Source: Patescibacteria group bacterium (GTDB lineage Bacteria; Patescibacteriota; Patescibacteriia; PEXW01). Taken from it: 64,000 bases of DNA. A program made the translations under genes and the position numbers. The DNA lies in assembly GCA_041665345.1 (NCBI GenBank), contig JBAYJA010000001.1, positions 137,206-201,205 on the forward strand, read 5' to 3'. Positions 35,340 through 45,160 of this stretch are shown piece after piece; position 1 is the first letter of the stretch; each line of letters starts with the position of its first letter. Under the pieces are notes generated by a model. It did not search any database. It was not told where the DNA came from and saw only the letters and a list, made by a program, of their open reading frames with translations.

Positions 35340-36074
35340 ATGGCGCTCGTCGTCACCAAACTCCGTGCCGGGGTGGAGGGTCGGGAGATTCTCCGCGATT
35401 TGTCGTTGACCATTCCCAGCGGGGAAGTGCACGCGCTCATGGGTCCTAATGGTTCTGGCAAATCGACCCTGGCAAATGTGCTCATGGGTCACCCAGGCTA
35501 CACCCAAGCCGGCGGTATCATTGCGCTGGATGGAGTGTTACTCCAGGAGCTGAGCGCCGAAGAGCGTGCCAAGGCCGGACTTTTCCTCTCCTTTCAATAC
35601 CCAGTAGAAATTCCGGGGGTGTCGTTTCTGCATTTGCTCCGTACAGCGTACGCTGCTTTGCATGGGGAAGGGATGTCAGCGGTGGAATTGCGGAAGCGAG
35701 CAGAAGCAGCCATGGAAGCCCTGGGTATGCCCGCGGCATTTTTGAAGCGGAGTGTGAACGAAGGTTTTTCGGGTGGAGAGAAGAAGCGCGCGGAAATTGT
35801 GCAGCTGGCTGTGCTGCAACCCAAGTACGCAATTTTAGACGAAACTGACTCTGGTCTGGATGTGGATGCTTTACGGACGGTGGCCGCCGGAGTAGAAAAG
35901 TTACGGGGGAGCATGGGGGTCTTGGTCATCACCCACTACTCCCGCATTTTGACGCACCTGAAACCCGACGCAGTGCACGTGATGGCGGACGGGCAGATTG
36001 TCCAAAGTGGCGGACCAGACCTGGCGCAGACCATTGAGCGGGAGGGGTATGAAAAGTACGTGCCCAAGACCTAA
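35340..36074 (+). CDS. sufC: Fe-S cluster assembly ATPase SufC
   Basis: GPNGSGKST, FSGGEKKR, ILDETDSGLD. The ORF-track start at 35208 overlaps iscR, so I start at ATG 35340. Confidence 0.9.
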   Translation: MALVVTKLRAGVEGREILRDLSLTIPSGEVHALMGPNGSGKSTLANVLMGHPGYTQAGGIIALDGVLLQELSAEERAKAGLFLSFQYPVEIPGVSFLHLLRTAYAALHGEGMSAVELRKRAEAAMEALGMPAAFLKRSVNEGFSGGEKKRAEIVQLAVLQPKYAILDETDSGLDVDALRTVAAGVEKLRGSMGVLVITHYSRILTHLKPDAVHVMADGQIVQSGGPDLAQTIEREGYEKYVPKT

Positions 36075-36076
36075 CC

Positions 36077-37480
36077 ATGAGTACCGCGCCAACCTTTACC
36101 GACGTCGCTAGCCAGCAACTGGCGCCCAACGCGACTGACAAGTACACGTACCTTAGCGAACCCGGCCTGTCCATACGGACTGTGGAGGCGATTTCCCATT
36201 TGAAAAATGAACCCGCCTGGATGCTGGAGATTCGGAAGCGCGCCTTGGCGACGTTCAACGCAAAAAACCTTCCCGCCTGGGGTGGACACTTAGCCGATTT
36301 AGATTTTCAAGCCATCCACTACTACATGCGGCCAACAGATGGGGTAGTGGGGAAGTGGGCCGACGTCCCCGCAGACATTCGGAAAACCTACCAAGCGCTA
36401 GGCATTCCCCAAGCGGAGCAGAAGTACTTAGCCGGGGTGATGGCGCAGTATGAGTCCGAAGCCGTGTACCACTCTTTGCGAACAAACCTTTCGGAAAAAG
36501 GTGTCATCTTTTTGGACATGGATACTGCGCTACGTGAACATCCGGACATTGTCCGGCAGTACTTTGGGACGGTGGTCCCGGCGGGGGATAACAAGTTTTC
36601 CGCTTTGAACACTGCCGTGTGGAGCGGCGGCAGTTTTGTCTACATACCCAAAGGTGTGAAGGTAGATATTCCACTGCAAGCGTACTTCCGCATCAATGCA
36701 GAGCGGGTTGGGCAGTTCGAGCGTACGTTGATTATTGCGGAGGAGGGGAGTTCGGTGCACTACGTGGAGGGTTGCACTGCACCGGTGTACGCTGCGGACA
36801 GTTTGCATAGCGCAGTGGTGGAAATTATTGTGAAACGGGGCGCACGCGTGCGATATACCACGGTGCAGAACTGGTCCAAGAATGTGTACAACCTGGTCAC
36901 CAAGCGCGCCTTTGCGTACGAAGAGGCGACCATGGAATGGATTGATGGCAACCTGGGCTCCAAGCTCACCATGAAGTACCCCAGTATTTACTTGCTTGGC
37001 GAAGGTGCCAAAGGAGACGTTCTCTCTATTGCTTTTGCCGCTGATGGGCAGCATCAAGACGCTGGCGGGAAAGCTATCCATGGCGCACCAAATACCAGCT
37101 CCACCATCATTTCCAAATCCATTGCAAAAGGCAAAGGCCGCACCAGCTACCGCGGCATGATTCGCGTCCCCGTCGGCATGCGCGGGTGCAAATCTTCTGT
37201 GGTGTGCGATGCTTTGCTTTTGGATGAGCATTCTCGATCTGACACTTACCCAACCATGGATATTCGAGAATCGGACACGGCAATTTCGCACGAAGCCAGT
37301 GTGGGGAAGATTGGCGAAGAGCAACTCTTCTACTTACAATCCCGAGGCATTCCGGAAAATGTTGGACGGAGTTTGATTGTCCAAGGGTTCATTGAACCCA
37401 TTGCCAAGGAACTTCCCCTGGAGTACGCCGTGGAACTTAATCGGCTTATCCAGATGGAGATGGATGGGAGTGTTGGTTAG
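36077..37480 (+). CDS. sufB: Fe-S cluster assembly protein SufB
   Basis: 467 aa with SufB family conservation throughout the C-terminal beta-helix region. Confidence 0.9.
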   Translation: MSTAPTFTDVASQQLAPNATDKYTYLSEPGLSIRTVEAISHLKNEPAWMLEIRKRALATFNAKNLPAWGGHLADLDFQAIHYYMRPTDGVVGKWADVPADIRKTYQALGIPQAEQKYLAGVMAQYESEAVYHSLRTNLSEKGVIFLDMDTALREHPDIVRQYFGTVVPAGDNKFSALNTAVWSGGSFVYIPKGVKVDIPLQAYFRINAERVGQFERTLIIAEEGSSVHYVEGCTAPVYAADSLHSAVVEIIVKRGARVRYTTVQNWSKNVYNLVTKRAFAYEEATMEWIDGNLGSKLTMKYPSIYLLGEGAKGDVLSIAFAADGQHQDAGGKAIHGAPNTSSTIISKSIAKGKGRTSYRGMIRVPVGMRGCKSSVVCDALLLDEHSRSDTYPTMDIRESDTAISHEASVGKIGEEQLFYLQSRGIPENVGRSLIVQGFIEPIAKELPLEYAVELNRLIQMEMDGSVG

Positions 37481-37481
37481 T

Positions 37482-38201
37482 ATGTCAGATACCCTACTCA
37501 TCAAAGCAGGAGAAAGCATTTCCCGCATTGTGCCGCTGGTGGCGGGGGAAAAAGTTTTGACCATTGTGGTCGCCGAAAGTGCCGCCTTGGTACTCTCTCT
37601 ACCAGGTGCAGTGGCAAATGGTGAAACGGCAAAGTGGCGCATTGAAGCGAAGGTTGGGAAGGACGCACAGCTCCACTGCATCACCTCACTTCTCCACGGC
37701 GCGGCAGTTGAAGTGGAAATCGTTATTCACCTCATGCAACCAGGAGCCGCTGCAAAAGTCACGGCTATGGCGCACTGCCGAGAAATGGAAACGCAAGTGT
37801 TCAATGTAACCATGCACCACCAGGCGCCGCACACCACCGGTGACATTGCCATTCGGGGGGTGGCCGAAGGGAAATCCAAAGCTACATTTTCTGGTTTAAT
37901 AAAAATTGATCCAGTGGCGCAGCAGACCAAAAGCTACTTTCGGGATGATGTATTACTTTTGGATCAAGCGTTTGCTCGGTCACTTCCAACCTTGGAAATT
38001 GAAGCCAACGACGTGCGCGCCTCGCATGGATCCACCACCAGCCGGATCAATGCGGACCAACTTTTCTACTTGCAAAGCCGAGGGTTGGATGTGCTAACGG
38101 CTCGGCGGATGATCGTCAACGGCTTTGTGGCGCCAGTGCTGCAGCGCGTGCCAGAGGCTTTTTGCACGCCTTTTCAGGTGGTGACTGAAATTGGAATATA
38201 A
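37482..38201 (+). CDS. sufD: Fe-S cluster assembly protein SufD (short)
   Basis: SufB/D beta-helix homology. ATG 37482 starts right after the sufB stop. Confidence 0.8.
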   Translation: MSDTLLIKAGESISRIVPLVAGEKVLTIVVAESAALVLSLPGAVANGETAKWRIEAKVGKDAQLHCITSLLHGAAVEVEIVIHLMQPGAAAKVTAMAHCREMETQVFNVTMHHQAPHTTGDIAIRGVAEGKSKATFSGLIKIDPVAQQTKSYFRDDVLLLDQAFARSLPTLEIEANDVRASHGSTTSRINADQLFYLQSRGLDVLTARRMIVNGFVAPVLQRVPEAFCTPFQVVTEIGI

Positions 38202-38233
38202 AAAAGCAGGCCTGGAGTTAGCCTGCTGTAGGA

Positions 38234-38731
38234 TTACGAGAGTTCTATTTGCAACGCGGCTCGTGCGTCACGCGGGGTTCTTGCAGTACGGACGGTGCCC
38301 TTGAGTATTTTTTGGAAGAAGTTGAGAGCTTCGTCGGTAGGCCTAAGCAAAATGACTGGTACACCAGCCTTTATTGCGAAGCACACCTCTGAAGCCGTGC
38401 CTGGGCACATGCCGACCACCAAGATGACCTTGCAGGAAAAGGCGTTGATGAGGTTACGCCCTTCGCCAAAAGTCGTGATGATGGGGATGTCAACGTACTC
38501 TGAAATGGGATGCGTTTCTGAAGGGAGTTTATGGGGTAAGATGCCAATCGTCATCCCACCTCTTTCTCGTGCACCCTTGCAGGCAGCATCCATAACCCCG
38601 TGCGCCACTCCACCGGTGAGGAGGATGCACCCGAGTTCAGCAACAATTGTGCCTAGCGCATGTGCGTCAGCTTGCTCTTCTTGCGTCGCGCTCCTTCCAG
38701 GTCCCATAATTCCAATGATCGGTTTTTGCAT
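38234..38731 (-). CDS. LOG-family (TIGR00725-like) Rossmann protein, putative nucleotide 5'-monophosphate phosphoribohydrolase
   Basis: IIGIMGPGRSATQEE...LLTGGVAHGVMDAACKGARERGG...PIITTFGEG. GGAGG SD. The upstream in-frame extension in the ORF track was rejected. Confidence 0.7.
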   Translation of the reverse strand: MQKPIIGIMGPGRSATQEEQADAHALGTIVAELGCILLTGGVAHGVMDAACKGARERGGMTIGILPHKLPSETHPISEYVDIPIITTFGEGRNLINAFSCKVILVVGMCPGTASEVCFAIKAGVPVILLRPTDEALNFFQKILKGTVRTARTPRDARAALQIELS

Positions 38732-38906
38732 TTTGTCCTCCAAGTGTTTTGTACTCTTTTGCTTTTTTAGTGAATGAAGGTGCAGGATAGCAGTGTCATC
38801 GCGTGAGGTCAAACCTGGTAAAAAAGCCCCGGTTCTCGCTAGCTTTGACGGCTGGCGAGACAAGGAGTAGGTTGGAGTCAAAGAGCTATTTTTCAAGGAG
38901 GTACTC

Positions 38907-39398
38907 ATGGGAGTCCCAAAATCTCTTGCAGCACACGCGCTTGTCCTGGGGGAAATGCCTGAGCCCGCGGTTCGGCCAACGTATGCCACAATCACGCAGT
39001 GGCACTGGCACCTGCCGTCAGCTCCTCAGCGCATTGCAGAGATCGTCGAACAAGTGGAAGCAACCCTGCAGAAGTTGCCTTTTGACACTTGGGCGATGAG
39101 CGATTTTGTCATCGCGGTTTCTGAACTCATTCAAAATGCTTTTCTGCACGCACCCGCGAATACGGAAACGCAGATTGAGGTGAGCGTGCTGTACGTCCCT
39201 ACCGTTGGGGTGTTTGTGGGAGTCAGTGACGCGCTGGGCCCGGTTCCCCCAGAGGTCTTCACCCAGGATTTGCAGACGATGGATAGGATGGCAGAGCACG
39301 GCCGTGGCTTCCCCATCATGCGTACCTTTTCCTCGCTCCTGTTTTATAACCCGCACGGAGAGTGGAAGGAAATTATTTTAGGCCTTGCGCAAACGTAA
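38907..39398 (+). CDS. GHKL-type anti-sigma factor / Ser kinase (RsbW/SpoIIAB-like)
   Basis: N-box AVSELIQNAFLHA. G-boxes GVSDALGP / GRGFPIMRTF. Confidence 0.65.
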   Translation: MGVPKSLAAHALVLGEMPEPAVRPTYATITQWHWHLPSAPQRIAEIVEQVEATLQKLPFDTWAMSDFVIAVSELIQNAFLHAPANTETQIEVSVLYVPTVGVFVGVSDALGPVPPEVFTQDLQTMDRMAEHGRGFPIMRTFSSLLFYNPHGEWKEIILGLAQT

Positions 39399-39496
39399 AG
39401 TCATGAAGAGTACCGGTTGTCATCAGTGACGGCCGGTTTTTTGTAAATGAAAAGCCCTTCGGAAAGGAAGGGCCTGAAGAGCGTAGGATGAGCGAG

Positions 39497-40162
39497 CTAG
39501 CAGCTAAAAGTTGCATCCGCAAAAGTCAGATTTGCCTCGGCCAGGCGGGGCGTCAGGAAGGTAGCCAGCAGCTGGCGGAAAGTCGCTTGTTGCTTTTCGT
39601 CCAAGGGATTGTACAGTGCGCCCAATTCGACGCTGTGCTGCTCGTTGAAGTCGTAGCACTGCTGCCGGACAAACGCATCAAGGTTATCTTGGACGGTTCC
39701 TTTGGAGCGCCAAATTTTTCTGATGCTTGCGGCTAGGATAGGGACTACCATGGGAGTTCGCACCGTTACCTTGTAGGTTATTTCCCGCACCTTTGGGTTT
39801 GGCGTAATTGGCCGGACGGTCATCATTTTTGTCGTCATGCAAGCGCCCAAGGAAATGAAGGAATTATCTCTCCATGTCTTGTCTGAAACTTGAGTTTTTT
39901 TCTTGTATGTACGAATGAATTCACCACTCTGATTGAATTGGGCCGTGTTTGCTGGGGCCACTTCAGGGTCGAGGGTAGTAAAAAAACATACAAGAAAACC
40001 AAATAAACTGGCTACACACACGCTAAGCGCGATTGGCGTAATCAGACTCTCCTTCAGGCACATTGCTATGAACAATCCACCGAAAGCACAAAGGAACACC
40101 CATTGTGCTTGCCAAATTCTGTGAAATAGCATTTTTCCTCCTATATTTTTAGGTTTTTTCAA
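39497..40162 (-). CDS. hypothetical membrane protein
   Basis: Two N-terminal TM helices, then a 150-aa soluble domain. Confidence 0.45.
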   Translation of the reverse strand: MKKPKNIGGKMLFHRIWQAQWVFLCAFGGLFIAMCLKESLITPIALSVCVASLFGFLVCFFTTLDPEVAPANTAQFNQSGEFIRTYKKKTQVSDKTWRDNSFISLGACMTTKMMTVRPITPNPKVREITYKVTVRTPMVVPILAASIRKIWRSKGTVQDNLDAFVRQQCYDFNEQHSVELGALYNPLDEKQQATFRQLLATFLTPRLAEANLTFADATFSC

Positions 40163-40245
40163 TTCCGCTGAACCTATCTTAAGGCTAAACCCTTATTTGT
40201 CAAGAGAGTTGCCAGTCCTGGATTATTCGCTACACTACTACCAGT

Positions 40246-41478
40246 ATGTCTGATCTTACTGCACTTCACCAAGATTTTCCCATCCTTTCCCGTGTCATCA
40301 ACGGCAAGCCTTTGGTCTACTTGGATTCCGCCGCAACCTCGCAGCGGCCAGAAGCTGTGCTGAAGGCAATGGACGATCTGCAGCGCCACCACAACGCCAA
40401 CGTGCACCGCGGCATTTACCAACTTTCCGAAGAAGCCACGGCTTTGTACGAAGGCAGCCGGGAGCGGATTGCCAAGTTCATCAACGCCAAGAGCACGCAG
40501 GAAATAATCTTCACCCGAAATGCCACCGAATCCATCAACTTGGTGGCCTTAAGCTGGGCACGCCAAAACCTAAAGACTGGGGATGAAGTGCTGACCACGG
40601 AAATGGAACACCACTCCAACATCGTGCCCTGGCAAATGCTGGCCAAGGAGCAGGGGATTGTTCTCAAATTTTTGCCAGCATTACCTGAGGCAGGAATTTT
40701 GGATATGGCCAGCCTGGATAGCCTACTCTCAGCAAAAACCAAGCTCGTCTGCGTTGGGCACATGTCAAACTTGCTGGGCACCGTCAATCCAATTAAAGAA
40801 ATTGTGCAAAAGGCGCATGCCGTGGGCGCGAAAGTTTTGGTGGATGGTTGCCAGTCTGCGCCGCACATGCCCGTGGATGTCCAAGATCTTGGTTGTGATT
40901 TTTATGCGTTCTCCGGGCATAAAATGCTGGGCCCTTCTGGCATTGGCGTGCTGTGGGCACGGCAGGAAATAATGGAAAAGACGGAGCCAATTTTGGGCGG
41001 CGGGGACATGATTAAAGAAGTGACGAAAGAAGCGTCCACGTGGAATGATTTACCTTGGAAATTTGAAGCCGGGACACCGAACATTGTGGGCGTAGTGGGA
41101 TTAGGCGCGGCTGTGGATTACCTTACGGAAATCGGTATGCAAAATGTTTGGCAGCATGAGCAGGACATAGCTGCGTACGTTTTACCGAAGCTTACGGCCA
41201 TTGCCGGCGTTCGATTATTTGGCATTTCGCAACCAGACCCAAATCGCGGTGCTGCATTTTCTATTTGGATTGACGGCATGCACCCGCACGACATTGCCAG
41301 CATTTTTGACGAGCGGGGGATTGCCATCCGCGCCGGCCACATGTGCGCCCAACCCATGCTCGCCCGCTTGGGCAAACCCGCAGCAGCCCGGGCAAGTTTC
41401 TACCTGTACAACACCAAGGAAGAGGCTGATGCGTACTTGAACGCTATTGAAGATGCGAAGAAGGTGTTTGGAATGTAG
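40246..41478 (+). CDS. sufS: cysteine desulfurase SufS (class V aminotransferase)
   Basis: PLP-lysine motif SGHKMLGPSGIGVLWAR. Catalytic Cys region RAGHMCAQP. Confidence 0.9.
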   Translation: MSDLTALHQDFPILSRVINGKPLVYLDSAATSQRPEAVLKAMDDLQRHHNANVHRGIYQLSEEATALYEGSRERIAKFINAKSTQEIIFTRNATESINLVALSWARQNLKTGDEVLTTEMEHHSNIVPWQMLAKEQGIVLKFLPALPEAGILDMASLDSLLSAKTKLVCVGHMSNLLGTVNPIKEIVQKAHAVGAKVLVDGCQSAPHMPVDVQDLGCDFYAFSGHKMLGPSGIGVLWARQEIMEKTEPILGGGDMIKEVTKEASTWNDLPWKFEAGTPNIVGVVGLGAAVDYLTEIGMQNVWQHEQDIAAYVLPKLTAIAGVRLFGISQPDPNRGAAFSIWIDGMHPHDIASIFDERGIAIRAGHMCAQPMLARLGKPAAARASFYLYNTKEEADAYLNAIEDAKKVFGM

Positions 41479-41485
41479 AGGGAAG

Positions 41486-41551
41486 CCGCTCCGACGATTC
41501 GACGGGGTCGAATATCGGAGCCCCGACATCTCGCAAAGCGAGATCGTCGGG
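41486..41551 (+). repeat. intergenic hairpin repeat D, copy 2
   Basis: ccgctccgacgattcgacggggtcgaatatcggagcccc, followed by the octamer array ggggtaagccgtaaagctgtaggccgtaagcc. Confidence 0.7.
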
Positions 41552-41690
41552 GTAAGCCGTAAAGCTGTAGGCCGTAAGCCAAGACCATCAAAACATCCAG
41601 AGCGGCTTTTCTAAGCCGCGGTGGTTATTTATTTCACAGAGCAGCAGAAATTTTGGTTCTCTAAAATACTTGGTTCGTGCAGACATAGTC

Positions 41691-41750
41691 CACCCGGTAA
41701 GGATTACCTCCCCGAACCCCTCCTTCGAAAGGAGGGGACGTGTTAGTGGT
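41691..41750 (+). repeat. intergenic repeat B, copy 2
   Basis: ccggtaaggattacctccccgaacccctccttcgaaaggaggggacgtgttagtggtggg. Confidence 0.7.
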
Positions 41751-41800
41751 GGGATCCCAGCTCCGCCGGACGTGCTGGCACGTTGGTGGGGGAAAAATTT

Positions 41801-41960
41801 TGTGGGTAGTCCAAAGCCCTCGCTTTGGGTATTTGTTATGCAGTTTGAATGGGGACGTGGGTAGGTGAGGTCCCCCGCCTGCATCGCTTCTACGATTACG
41901 GCGGACAGGCTTGACCTCGCCTCACGGAGAACGCCCGGGTCAAGGGACCCGGGCTACCCA
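41801..41960 (+). repeat. GC-rich structured intergenic element F, copy 1 (ccaaagccctcgctttgg ... acgcccgggtcaagggacccgggctaccc)
   Basis: Shares three blocks with 43390-43510. Two of the blocks are in inverted orientation. Confidence 0.55.
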
Positions 41961-42067
41961 TTTTTATTGACGTTTGTTCATGCTCGCACTATTCGTCCTT
42001 GACGGGACGCTTTTGATTGTGTAGATTCATGTGAATGCTCGTTGAAAATTTGTAAGGAAGGTATGGC

Positions 42068-42688
42068 GTGGAAAGTGGTTTTTTCTTTGGCTGGAATGCA
42101 GCGACTGTTGGTTTCATTGGGCTACTCTCGTGCACCGTCATTGAGGTATGGGGGTTGCTCCTGCAGGCGAAAACGATTTGGCGAAATCAGTCCGTACAGT
42201 CATTGTCTGTGTACATGTTGGGCTACCAGTTCATCTTTCTCATTATTGGGCTGGTGTACGGGTTTGCCATCGCGGATATTGGTGTAACCATCAACTCATT
42301 TTTGCTGGCTTTGTGCATGGCCATCATTCTCTGGGGTGTGCAGCTATTCCGAGGTTTTAGTGTAGGAGAAATTTTGTACCTCGCGGGTCTCATCGTCATA
42401 CTTGTTGGTGTTACGTTACTGCCGCAGAAGGATATTTCCTTCTTCGTTTGCTCTATCGGTAGCATCCTCACCTTCTTTGCTCAACCGTACAAGATTTGGC
42501 GATGCAAGGATGCAGGTGTCGTAGAGGTGAAGCTGCTCTGGGTACTTTTCATCAGCACCGTGTTTTGGACGCTCTACGCATATGGAACCGATAACTGGGT
42601 GCTGAAAATCACTAGCCCAAGCTTCTTAGTTGTCTTGGGTCTTACTATTGGTATCTGGATTCGGTATCGCAATCCAAAGTACCGGTAG
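42068..42688 (+). CDS. 7-TM membrane protein with two PQ-loop-like repeats
   Basis: LLQAKTIWRNQSVQSLS and FAQPYKIWRCKDAGVVEV resemble the PQ-loop motif at the start of each 3-TM repeat. Confidence 0.45.
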   Translation: MESGFFFGWNAATVGFIGLLSCTVIEVWGLLLQAKTIWRNQSVQSLSVYMLGYQFIFLIIGLVYGFAIADIGVTINSFLLALCMAIILWGVQLFRGFSVGEILYLAGLIVILVGVTLLPQKDISFFVCSIGSILTFFAQPYKIWRCKDAGVVEVKLLWVLFISTVFWTLYAYGTDNWVLKITSPSFLVVLGLTIGIWIRYRNPKYR

Positions 42689-42771
42689 ACGATGTACTAC
42701 TGTTCCGTCATGTAACGGTACTACCGCGATCCCGACGGTTTCGGGTAAAACATGAACAATGGAGGTGTGCG

Positions 42772-43335
42772 ATGAGTAATCGCATGTCTGCTGGTTGGCG
42801 ACCGGACGCCCCGTCACCTGATCAGCTCAAAGAGTTCTACGCGCAGATTGCGTCTGGGCGAATCACCGCTGTTCGGTTACAGCGATTGCTAGCGGAGAAG
42901 GTTTATCAGTTTACCGTTGACGGCACTGAACCAAGTATGGATGAGCTGTTATCCAATGGTTTACAAAGCCCTCACTATCTTGGGTATACTTGTCCTTCTG
43001 CATTTCGGAAAGAGTGGGGGAAGGTTAGGGTTACCGCAATCCTGCATGAACCCAAGCGGCAGACGACGCTGCAAAGGCAGCGCGAGGAGTGCGAGGACTT
43101 AGGGCTGCCTGAACTTGATCTGGCAATGAGCGTACAATTTTTTAAGAGTTTTCGACATCAACTGCGAAAGGGGTTAGTGATTTGCCAGTGTCAAGGAGTC
43201 GGAAGTCACGCTGGTAATGACTATCAGTGTATTGTGCAGAAGAACGAAGGGTTGATGGTCATTCAGTCAACAAGTCTCGGAGTGGATTTTCCTCAGGGAG
43301 CAAGATTTGTTCGCCTCCTGGCATTATCCCTCTAA
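42772..43335 (+). CDS. hypothetical protein
   Basis: 187-aa ORF with a GGAGG SD. No motif. Confidence 0.45.
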   Translation: MSNRMSAGWRPDAPSPDQLKEFYAQIASGRITAVRLQRLLAEKVYQFTVDGTEPSMDELLSNGLQSPHYLGYTCPSAFRKEWGKVRVTAILHEPKRQTTLQRQREECEDLGLPELDLAMSVQFFKSFRHQLRKGLVICQCQGVGSHAGNDYQCIVQKNEGLMVIQSTSLGVDFPQGARFVRLLALSL

Positions 43336-43389
43336 AGGATAAGTAGAATAGTATATTTTCCGCATCAACAAACGTTGGTGCGGTTTTTT

Positions 43390-43510
43390 ATACTTGTGCA
43401 TTTGGTTCGGGCCAAAGCGAGGGCTTTGGCCTACCCACGGGTGTGGCGCGTTAAGTAGACGCCCGGGTCAAACCTGCCTCGCCGGCGGGCGGGGGATCCG
43501 GGCTACTCAT
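43390..43510 (+). repeat. GC-rich structured intergenic element F, copy 2
   Basis: gggccaaagcgagggctttggcctacccacg...acgcccgggtcaa...cccgggctactc. Confidence 0.55.
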
Positions 43511-43667
43511 CTGCGTACCCTAGAAAGGGCGCTCTGGGGGTGGTAAGGTAGGAGAGTCCCTTCATGGCCTCCTTCGCTGCAGCAGCTTCGGAGGCCGAGC
43601 AAGTTCCCATCGTTGACTAGCATTCGTGTGCATCGGCGCTGAAAGGTAATCTATAACTCAATGTATT

Positions 43668-44033
43668 ATGTATGACTCTTTGTTGTTAGATCACTACCAC
43701 CACCCGCGGAACACGGGCAAAATAGACCCGGCTGATGCCCAGCACCGCGAACCTAATCCGCTGTGCGGAGATGTGATTGAAGTTTTTCTGAAGTTTGATG
43801 CAGACGGTAAAGTATTGGAAGTAAAATGGACGGGCGAAGGCTGCGCCGTGAGCCAAGCTAGTATGTCAGTAGTGTCGGATACGTTGGTTGGAAAAACCAA
43901 GACTGAATTGGGTAAGCTTGGTGTGCGTGATGTTGAGCAGGCTTTGGAAACGACCATCAACCCAGCGCGGCTGAAGTGTGCGACATTGGGTGTGGTCGCG
44001 GTGCAGAAAGCAGTGGAAGGGAAGAAGGGGTAG
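43668..44033 (+). CDS. sufU: SUF-system sulfur-transfer protein SufU (NifU/IscU-like)
   Basis: LLLDHYHHPRN...NPLCGD...GEGCAVSQASMS...KCA match SufU Zn-ligand positions. Confidence 0.8.
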   Translation: MYDSLLLDHYHHPRNTGKIDPADAQHREPNPLCGDVIEVFLKFDADGKVLEVKWTGEGCAVSQASMSVVSDTLVGKTKTELGKLGVRDVEQALETTINPARLKCATLGVVAVQKAVEGKKG

Positions 44034-44231
44034 AGGTTTTTGTTTTTGGTGGAGGTATAGATGAATGGTTTTGGTTGATGGGTTGTATGCGGGGTCCGCT
44101 TGCTTAAAATGAATACCTCTATCCATACATCTATCTAGACCCAAACCCTCTATCTCTTTTGTACCCTGTATTGCACGCATCGGGTACATTCGCTATCCTT
44201 ACCGTACTATCTCACCCTATTCGTTACATGT

Positions 44232-44450
44232 ATGCCATTCAAGAGCATTGTGGTTGACCGGGAAAAGTGCATTTCTGCTGCAAGCTGCGTGGCCGTGGCG
44301 CCAGAAGTATTTGAATTAGATGGCGAAGGCAAGGCGATTATTAAAAATGCTACGGGGAATGATGACCAAACCATCATTGATGCGGCAAAGGCTTGTCCGA
44401 CCCAAGCAATTATCATTGTTGATGAAGCTGGGAAGCAAATAGTTCCGTAG
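44232..44450 (+). CDS. small ferredoxin (single Fe-S cluster type)
   Basis: 72 aa. CISAASC ... ACP spacing typical of Thermotoga-type monocluster ferredoxins. Confidence 0.7.
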   Translation: MPFKSIVVDREKCISAASCVAVAPEVFELDGEGKAIIKNATGNDDQTIIDAAKACPTQAIIIVDEAGKQIVP

Positions 44451-44473
44451 TTTCACTCTATCCTTCACCGCAT

Positions 44474-44977
44474 ATGCGTACGACCGCGCGTTTTGCCGCC
44501 GTACTCGTGGTTGGGAGCGTACTCTTGGTTGGCTGTACTGCAGCGAACACGAATTCGGCAACGAACACCATTGTTGTTTTGGATTTGGTCAATGAACCTG
44601 TAGTGAACGTGAATAGCCAGGTAAATGTGAATGCTGCGCTAGGGAACGCTAACAGCAGCGCGCAGAATAGCAATGTGCATGCAACAAACGTGAATTCTGC
44701 CCTGCAGAGTACAAAGAAAGTGACCATCACCGCTACAGGTTTTTCTCCTGCATCACTCACAATCGCGAAGGGCACGGCTATCACGTGGACCAACCGTTCA
44801 GGATCGCCCGCAAAGGTTGCGTCAAATCCTCACCCAACGTCTACAGACTTGCCTGGGCTTGTTTCCGCCATCCTTGCTGATGGTGAAACGTACAGCTATA
44901 CTTTTACGCAAGTGGGCACCTGGGGGTATCATGATCATGAACATCCTACAGTGAAGGGGAGTATCATCGTTGAGTAA
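44474..44977 (+). CDS. lipoprotein with N-rich linker and C-terminal cupredoxin-like domain
   Basis: Lipobox LVGC. NTN/NVN-rich low-complexity region. C-terminal TITATGFSPASLTIAKGTAITWTN...YHDHEHPTVKGSIIV beta-sandwich pattern. Confidence 0.5.
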   Translation: MRTTARFAAVLVVGSVLLVGCTAANTNSATNTIVVLDLVNEPVVNVNSQVNVNAALGNANSSAQNSNVHATNVNSALQSTKKVTITATGFSPASLTIAKGTAITWTNRSGSPAKVASNPHPTSTDLPGLVSAILADGETYSYTFTQVGTWGYHDHEHPTVKGSIIVE

Positions 44978-45160
44978 GTACTTCGTCACTAACCCAACGC
45001 CTATGGCATGCATCGACTGCGGCCACGAGCATGAAGCAGGAACACCGTGCACAGTAGAGGGGTGTACTTGCGGGAGTTAAGCGAAACGAACGAAAAGTGC
45101 TACGTTCCTTGGTGGACGTAGCCTTTTTTATCTCGTCGCATTGCCTTTACATGGTATACT

